Shown here: one piece after another, positions 26,338 through 32,000 of the stretch
Numbering within the stretch: the first letter of the stretch is position 1
Layout of the letters: the number at the start of each line of letters is the position of its first letter
Assembly: GCF_001457615.1 (NCBI RefSeq)
Contig: NZ_LN831024.1
Span: forward strand, 3,840,001 to 3,872,000
From: Pseudomonas aeruginosa
Lineage (GTDB): Bacteria; Pseudomonadota; Gammaproteobacteria; Pseudomonadales; Pseudomonadaceae
Direction: 5' to 3'
DNA length: 32,000 nt
Made by a program: the position numbers and the translations under genes
Notes under the pieces: generated by a model
Seen by the model: the letters and a program-made list of their open reading frames with translations, nothing else
Databases searched by the model: none
What the model was told of the DNA's origin: nothing

Positions 26338-28866
26338 ATGCGTCAAAGGGACCTGAAATTCACCTTCGTCGTCGGCGAAGGGAAACTCGCGTTCGATGTC
26401 GTCGAGTTCGAACTGGAAGAAGCGCTCTGCGAGCCTTTCCGCCTGAGCCTGAAGCTGGCCAGCGACAAGAACGCCATCGATTTCAAGCAGGTACTCGACC
26501 AGCCGGGCACCTTCACCCTCTGGCAGGACGGCCGTCCGGCCCGCTACGTCCATGGCATCGTCAGCCACTTCACCCAAGGCAGCTCGGGTTTTCGCCGGAC
26601 CCGCTACGAACTGCTGCTGGAACCACAGTTGGCGCGCCTGGAGCTGTGCTGCAACTGGCGGATCTTCCAGGAGAAGAGTGTTCCGGAGATTCTCCAGGCG
26701 CTGCTCAAGGAGCACCGGGTGCTCGACTACGAACAGCGTATCTACCACGAGCACCTGCCACGCGAATACTGCGTGCAGGCCGGCGACAGCGATCACTACC
26801 TGCACGACCGGCTGGCCTTCGAGGAAGGCCTGGTCTACTACTTCCGCTTCGACGAACACCGCCACACCCTGGTCTGCAGCGACCGGCTCTACGTCCAGGA
26901 GCGTATCGCCGGCGGCCCGGTGCTGTTCAGCGCCCAGCCGGAGGGCGACAACCCGCAGCCGGTGCTTCATTCTTTCCGCTACAGCGAAAATGTTCGTACG
27001 GCTCGACAGACCCAGCGGGACTACAGCTTCAAGCGCCCGACCTACGACCAGGAGCATCATCTCGCTGGCGAGGCGCTCGAGCATCAGGACTCGTCCTACG
27101 AGCGCTACGACTACCCCGGTCGCTACAAGCGGAGCGGCGCGGGCCGGCCTTTCAGCGAAAGCCGCCTCAGAGGACATCGGCGCGATGCACGGGTGGCATC
27201 GGTCAGCGGCGACGACCCACGGCTGATCCCGGGCCACGCCTTTGCCCTGGAAGGTCATCCGCGTGCCGACTTCAACGCCTGGTGGCGGCCGGTGCGGGTG
27301 GTCCATCGCGGCACCCAGTATGCCGGCCAGGAGGAAGAGTCCGCCGACGCCCCTCTGGGGGTGAGCTACGACCTGCGCGCCGAACTGGTACCCGAGGACG
27401 TCGAATGGCGTCCCGCACCGCTGCCTCGGCCGCGTATCGATGGTCCGCAGATCGCGACGGTAGTCGGCCCGGCAGGGGAAGAGATCCATTGCGACGAGTG
27501 GGGACGGGTGAAGGTCCAGTTCCCCTGGGATCGCGAGGGACGTCACGATGAATTCAGTACCTGCTGGATACGGGTCGCGCAGAACTGGGCAGGTGCCGAC
27601 TGGGGGCACATGGCGATCCCGCGGATTGGCCAGGAGGTGATCGTCGATTACCTGGACGGCGACTGCGACCAGCCGATCGTCACCGGGCGCACCTACCGGG
27701 CGACCAACCGACCGCCCTACGCGCTGCCCGACCACAAGATCCTCAGCACCATCAAGAGCAAGGAGTACAAGGGCAGTCGGGCCAACGAGCTGCGCATCGA
27801 CGACACCACGGCGCAGATCAGTGCGGCGCTGATGAGCGACCACGGTGCCAGCGCGCTGCACCTGGGCTACCTGACCCATCCCCGGCCCGAAGGCGGCAAG
27901 CCGCGCGGCGAGGGCTTCGAACTGCGCACCGACGAACATGGCGCGGTGCGTGCGGCCAAGGGGCTGCTGCTGAGCACCGAGGAGCAGCTCAGGGCCGGCG
28001 CCGGCCATCTCGACCGAGGCGTCGTGGTGCAGGTGCTGGAGGCCGCGCTGGAGCTGGCCCGCGAGCTGGGCGACTACGCCGGGGAGCACCAGGGCGTGGG
28101 GCACGACGCGGCGCCGCAGCAAACCCTCCAGGAAGCCGTGCGCGACCTCGGCCACGGTGCCAACGACGAGTCCGGCAAGAGCAACGGAGGCAAGCCGGCG
28201 ATCGCCTTGAGCGGTCCGGCAGGGATCGCCGCGGCGACGCCGGCGAGCCTGACCCTGGCCGCCGGCGAGCACGTCGACAGCGTGGCCCGGCAGAACCAGC
28301 AGGTGACCGCCGGGCAGAAGGTGGTGATCAACGCCGGCAGCGACATCGGCCTGTTCGCCCAGGGCGGCGAGCTGCGCCAGATCACCCACCAGGGCCCGAT
28401 GCTGCTGCAGGCGCAGAAGAACGACATCCGCCTGGAAGCCGAGCAGAGCGTGGAGGTCAGCGCCAGCCAGCAGCACGTGCTGGTCACCGCGAAGGAGCAC
28501 ATCACCCTGATGTGCGGCGGCGCCTACCTGACCCTCAAGGGCGGCAACATCGAGCTGGGCATGCCCGGCAACTTCGTGGTCAAGGCGGCGAAGCACAGTC
28601 ATGTCGGTCCCGCTCATGCATCGACCAGCTTCAACGCCTGGGATTCGACACCGTTCGATGACCGGTATGTCCTGCGCGACGAAGCCACGCTGGAGCCGTT
28701 ACCCAATATCGCCGTTGAAGTGATACGAGGCGATGGTGGTGTGGTGAAACTGATGACCGACAGCCAGGGCCGTTTACCCAAGCAACAACACCTGGCCATG
28801 GACCCGGTGCAGATACGCATCCTGGGCAAGGGCAGTCACAACAGCGACACGGAGTCCAACACATGA
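26338..28866 (+). CDS. vgrG2a: type VI secretion spike protein VgrG with a C-terminal transthyretin-like extension
   Basis: Track ORF 26299..28866 trimmed to the ATG at 26338, with AAGGA 8 nt upstream. It has a gp27-like N-half, a gp5 OB fold (VGPAGEEIHCDEWGRVKVQFPWDR) and beta-helix/DUF2345-type repeats. An extra roughly 70-aa beta-rich tail follows (DDRYVLRDEATLEPLPNIAVEVIRGDGGVVKLMTDSQGRL). The symbol comes from remembered synteny (PA1511). Confidence 0.95.
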   Translation: MRQRDLKFTFVVGEGKLAFDVVEFELEEALCEPFRLSLKLASDKNAIDFKQVLDQPGTFTLWQDGRPARYVHGIVSHFTQGSSGFRRTRYELLLEPQLARLELCCNWRIFQEKSVPEILQALLKEHRVLDYEQRIYHEHLPREYCVQAGDSDHYLHDRLAFEEGLVYYFRFDEHRHTLVCSDRLYVQERIAGGPVLFSAQPEGDNPQPVLHSFRYSENVRTARQTQRDYSFKRPTYDQEHHLAGEALEHQDSSYERYDYPGRYKRSGAGRPFSESRLRGHRRDARVASVSGDDPRLIPGHAFALEGHPRADFNAWWRPVRVVHRGTQYAGQEEESADAPLGVSYDLRAELVPEDVEWRPAPLPRPRIDGPQIATVVGPAGEEIHCDEWGRVKVQFPWDREGRHDEFSTCWIRVAQNWAGADWGHMAIPRIGQEVIVDYLDGDCDQPIVTGRTYRATNRPPYALPDHKILSTIKSKEYKGSRANELRIDDTTAQISAALMSDHGASALHLGYLTHPRPEGGKPRGEGFELRTDEHGAVRAAKGLLLSTEEQLRAGAGHLDRGVVVQVLEAALELARELGDYAGEHQGVGHDAAPQQTLQEAVRDLGHGANDESGKSNGGKPAIALSGPAGIAAATPASLTLAAGEHVDSVARQNQQVTAGQKVVINAGSDIGLFAQGGELRQITHQGPMLLQAQKNDIRLEAEQSVEVSASQQHVLVTAKEHITLMCGGAYLTLKGGNIELGMPGNFVVKAAKHSHVGPAHASTSFNAWDSTPFDDRYVLRDEATLEPLPNIAVEVIRGDGGVVKLMTDSQGRLPKQQHLAMDPVQIRILGKGSHNSDTESNT

Positions 28867-30569
28867 GCAGCGAACCGCTCGAGCCGAATCATGATGTGAT
28901 CATCCCTCGCTCTCGCGACAGGCTGGGACGGCCTGTCTACAAGGCGCAGTTGACCCGTACCGACAACCAGAGCGAAAAGGTGGCGCTGGTTCGGCAGACC
29001 GCTCCCCTGCCGGTGATCTTCATTCCGGGGATCATGGGAACCAACCTGCGCAACAAGGCAGATAAAAGCGAGGTCTGGAGGCCGCCGAATGGTCTGTGGC
29101 CTCTGGGAGACTTCGCTGCCTCGTTTGGTGCGTTGTGGACTTGGGCCTGGAGGGGCCCAAAGGTCCGTCAAAAACTTCTGAGATCCGAGAGAGTGGAAGT
29201 CGATGACCAAGGCACGATCGATGTCGGCCAGTCTGGCCTGGATGAAGAGGCTGCCCGCCTGCGCGGCTGGGGCAAGGTCATGCGCAGTGCGTACAACCCC
29301 GTCATGGGATTAATGGAGAGGCGACTGGATAACATCGTCAGCCGTAGGGAACTCCAGGCATGGTGGAATGACGAAGCCCTCTCTTCTCCTGGAGATCAGG
29401 GTGAGGAGCAGGGAAAGGTGGGGCCGATCGATGAAGAGGAATTGCTCAAGGCCAGCCGATACCAGTTCGACGTCTGGTGCGCCGGTTATAACTGGCTACA
29501 GTCCAACCGGCAGTCGGCGCTGGATGTACGCGACTACATCGAGAACACGGTGTGGCCCTTCTACCAGAAGGAGTATGATCTCGATCCCGAGCAAATGAGT
29601 CGTATGAAAGTCATTCTGGTCACCCACTCGATGGGAGGGCTGGTGGCGCGTGCCTTGACGCAGTTGCACGGCTATGAGCGCGTATTGGGGGTGGTGCATG
29701 GCGTGCAACCTGCGACGGGTTCCTCGACCATCTACCATCATATGCGTTGTGGCTATGAAGGTATCGCACAGGTCGTGCTGGGACGAAATGCCGGTGAAGT
29801 GACAGCCGTTGTCGCCAACTCGGCCGGCGCGCTGGAGTTGGCCCCTAGCGCCGAATACCGGGAAGGACGTCCCTGGCTGTTTCTGTGCGACGCGCAAGGC
29901 CAGGTACTCAAGGATATTGATGGAAAGCCTCGGGCTTATCCGCAGAACCAGGATCCTTATGAAGAGATATACAAGAGCTCTACGTGGTATGGATTGGTGC
30001 CTGAACAAAATGCACAATATCTAGACTTATCAAACACTGAAAATAAAAAGAAAAATCCCAGGGTAATTTTTGAGAAGAAAATTGATGCTATTGCTGACTT
30101 TCATAATGAATTGGCTACGGCGGGCTACCACGTCGAAACCTATGTTCATTACGGTGCTGACGATAGCCGCCATAGTTGGCGTGATTTGATCTGGAAAGGT
30201 GACCCGACCCCTCTGGAAACCCCTGGCGCCACACTCAACGACGATGAGAACGGCACTTACAACAGTTGGTTCCGCCGGGGCTTGCCCACCATAGTGCAGG
30301 GTCCGCTGGAGGCGGGAAATCCACTGGACGCTTCCGGCAGCGGAGGTGACGAAACGGTACCGACCGACTCCGGCCAGGCGCCTGCCCTGGCAGGTGTCAA
30401 GGCCAGCTTTCGGCATGGCAGCAAGGGCAAGGGACAGGCCAATACCAAACGGGGCTATGAGCACCAGGAGAGTTACAACGATGCTCGTGCCCAATGGGCA
30501 GCGCTATATGGTGTGATCAAAATCACCCAGTTGGCGGATTGGCATCCTAATGACAAAGGAGGGACATGA
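28863..30569 (+). CDS. tle4: T6SS phospholipase/lipase effector, Tle4 family (alpha/beta hydrolase)
   Basis: ATGA overlap with the vgrG stop. It carries IFIPGIMGTNL and the nucleophile elbow VTHSMGG (Ser256 codon at 29628-29630). Candidate acid and base residues are in GGDETVP (Asp496, 30348-30350) and GYEHQ (His534, 30462-30464). The locus corresponds to PA1510 (Tle4/TplE) from memory. Confidence 0.9.
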   Translation: MSSEPLEPNHDVIIPRSRDRLGRPVYKAQLTRTDNQSEKVALVRQTAPLPVIFIPGIMGTNLRNKADKSEVWRPPNGLWPLGDFAASFGALWTWAWRGPKVRQKLLRSERVEVDDQGTIDVGQSGLDEEAARLRGWGKVMRSAYNPVMGLMERRLDNIVSRRELQAWWNDEALSSPGDQGEEQGKVGPIDEEELLKASRYQFDVWCAGYNWLQSNRQSALDVRDYIENTVWPFYQKEYDLDPEQMSRMKVILVTHSMGGLVARALTQLHGYERVLGVVHGVQPATGSSTIYHHMRCGYEGIAQVVLGRNAGEVTAVVANSAGALELAPSAEYREGRPWLFLCDAQGQVLKDIDGKPRAYPQNQDPYEEIYKSSTWYGLVPEQNAQYLDLSNTENKKKNPRVIFEKKIDAIADFHNELATAGYHVETYVHYGADDSRHSWRDLIWKGDPTPLETPGATLNDDENGTYNSWFRRGLPTIVQGPLEAGNPLDASGSGGDETVPTDSGQAPALAGVKASFRHGSKGKGQANTKRGYEHQESYNDARAQWAALYGVIKITQLADWHPNDKGGT

Positions 30570-31711
30570 TGCATCCCCGTCGGTTGTTTGCTGTACTTGG
30601 GTTGGTGGTCTTGACCAGCATGACCAGTTGTACTTCGTTTTCTTCTTCTCGGAGCCCTTCCATGGACAAGACCGGATGGATCACTCATTGCTTTGGTCGC
30701 TTTCTGATTGATCTGCCGCCTGACGCGGTAATTAACGCCGGATACTATCTATGGGGCGACAACATCCAACGGCTAGATGGCACACCTGCTGAGCTAGCAG
30801 CCAGGATTGCCCATCGCGAGCAAGAGTTACGGAATGGCATTCATAAAAAAACAAAGGAGAGCATGTTTGTTCGGAGGGCGGAAGACAAGGCTGGAGCCAT
30901 TAGCCTGTGGTCTTGGGATTCGAATGCTAGTTTGCTTTCTTATAGGGTTGACTCATATTTTGTGGCTCATCCCAAGGGAGAGGTTTTTCTATACTCAGGA
31001 GAAGTTACTCACGATAAAGAGAAGGAAGGGGAGGAAGCTATCAATGATATATCCCGAAGCCTTCGCTCTCGCGAGCCCAAAGAAGCTCCAACTGAGCCGG
31101 GCTTTTGCATTGATCATGCCTATATTGCAGGGGAGAGTTTTCAAGATGAAGAGTTTGGCGTAGGTGTTACCTTTCCCAATCACCCTGGTGCGCGCTTTGA
31201 ATTCCGCTCCTCCACGGGATCTGAGCTAAACAGCCTTCTTGAGCGAGTCGACGGCTTCGTGCAGAACATGCTCGCTACGGTTGCTGGAGTCGAGAGATTG
31301 AGAAAGGGGAAGCATCCTGTCGGGAGCCTTCCCGGAGAGGAGTATCTGGTTGCGGGAAGCGATAAGGGACAGCGCGCCTACACATTCATGTGGGAGGTTC
31401 AAGGCAAGGAGGAATCGCTAACCGAGCCCAATCTTACTGCGGGACTGGCGGTACTGGAACGCAGCAATGAAAACGGTAAACCACCGCCCCCTGCCTTCAA
31501 ATCGGATAAAGAAGCATTGGAACTGTGGGACACCATTGTCGATTCGATTCGCGTGCGCCCGACGTCTTCATCGCCACGTGGCGGAAATGCCGGTCCTTCC
31601 CCTGCTCCGAAACCCGCTACGCCTGGCGGCCAAACGCTCGGTGATGACTATGTCTACGAGGAATTCCTCTCCAGCCTGAAGCCAAAAGACAGCTGGCTGG
31701 ACGACCTATAG
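30566..31711 (+). CDS. tli4: cognate periplasmic lipoprotein immunity protein (Tli4 type)
   Basis: Its start overlaps the tle4 stop (ATGATG), with AAAGGAGGG upstream. The signal peptide MMHPRRLFAVLGLVVLTSMTSC has a lipobox-like Cys22. The position immediately downstream of the lipase is the classic effector-immunity layout. Confidence 0.85.
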   Translation: MMHPRRLFAVLGLVVLTSMTSCTSFSSSRSPSMDKTGWITHCFGRFLIDLPPDAVINAGYYLWGDNIQRLDGTPAELAARIAHREQELRNGIHKKTKESMFVRRAEDKAGAISLWSWDSNASLLSYRVDSYFVAHPKGEVFLYSGEVTHDKEKEGEEAINDISRSLRSREPKEAPTEPGFCIDHAYIAGESFQDEEFGVGVTFPNHPGARFEFRSSTGSELNSLLERVDGFVQNMLATVAGVERLRKGKHPVGSLPGEEYLVAGSDKGQRAYTFMWEVQGKEESLTEPNLTAGLAVLERSNENGKPPPPAFKSDKEALELWDTIVDSIRVRPTSSSPRGGNAGPSPAPKPATPGGQTLGDDYVYEEFLSSLKPKDSWLDDL

Positions 31712-31723
31712 GAGCGACCCGCG

Positions 31724-31984
31724 ATGGACATCATTCGCCTTGGCGACACCACCAGCCATGGAGGCACGGTGATTGAGGCGTTCGCCCAGACCGACCTCAA
31801 CGGCAAGCCGATGGCCGGTGTAGGCCACCAAGTGGTTTGCCCCTTGTGCAAGGGAACCTTCCCCATTACCGAAGGTAGCGCCCTGCTGGATGTGAATGGG
31901 GTCCCGGTCGCGCTACATGGGATGAAAACAGCTTGTGGTGCCAGCCTGATTGCCAGTGGCCCGTTGGGCGCTGCCGAAAACTGA
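31724..31984 (+). CDS. small PAAR-domain protein (T6SS spike tip)
   Basis: 86 aa starting MDIIRLGDTTSHGGTVIEA. It has degenerate PAAR repeats (PMAGVGH, PVALHG) and Cys/His metal ligands (VCPLC, H, C). AGGAG Shine-Dalgarno. It starts 12 nt after tli4. Confidence 0.9.
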   Translation: MDIIRLGDTTSHGGTVIEAFAQTDLNGKPMAGVGHQVVCPLCKGTFPITEGSALLDVNGVPVALHGMKTACGASLIASGPLGAAEN

Positions 31985-32000
31985 AAAAGGGGGACGTTCG

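Noticed and set aside
26089-28617. 842-aa ORF antisense to vgrG
   Set aside because: The sense strand encodes a canonical VgrG (gp27, gp5 and beta-helix). The antisense product has no start context and is low-complexity.
25153-31984. Mobile-element hallmarks around the T6SS island (integrase, transposase, tRNA target, flanking direct repeats)
   Set aside because: I found none by eye in the window. The right boundary of the island may lie beyond the window edge. The island looks like an old, fixed acquisition rather than an active mobile element.

Overview
High-GC gammaproteobacterial chromosome segment. Gene content and order match, from memory and not verifiable here, Pseudomonas aeruginosa PAO1 PA1532 down to PA1508. 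The left third is housekeeping: the dnaX 5' end, an orphan solute-binding protein, the 4.5S/SRP RNA gene ffs (no ORF, read by eye on the minus strand), a small membrane protein, ligA, zipA, smc and a GntR regulator. Next comes alkB2 (alkane 1-monooxygenase). It is followed by a complete purine-to-glyoxylate catabolic supercluster: xdhABC, guaD, a GntR/FCD regulator, an AzgA/NCS2 purine permease, hiuH, puuE, uraD, alc, allA and puuD. The right 6.4 kb is an orphan type VI secretion effector island: hcp, vgrG, a Tle4-family phospholipase, a Tli4-type lipoprotein immunity protein and a PAAR protein. G+C drops within the island, to 28 percent locally. I found no CRISPR array, tRNA, rRNA, transposase or integrase. 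I do not see a clearly new multi-gene system, because every protein-coding gene falls into a recognisable family. The signals the gene list leaves unexplained are regulatory. (1) An enhancer-like array of TGCGCA hexamers, an IHF-like core and a -24/-12-type element lie upstream of hcp. (2) Two palindrome families, TTGTATACAA and TGACC-N4-GGTCA, are spread over the purine-catabolic promoters. (3) A GntR-type palindrome sits in front of alkB2. (4) A composition junction lies inside the 3' end of vgrG. Most long ORFs in the track that run antisense to these genes are high-GC artefacts.
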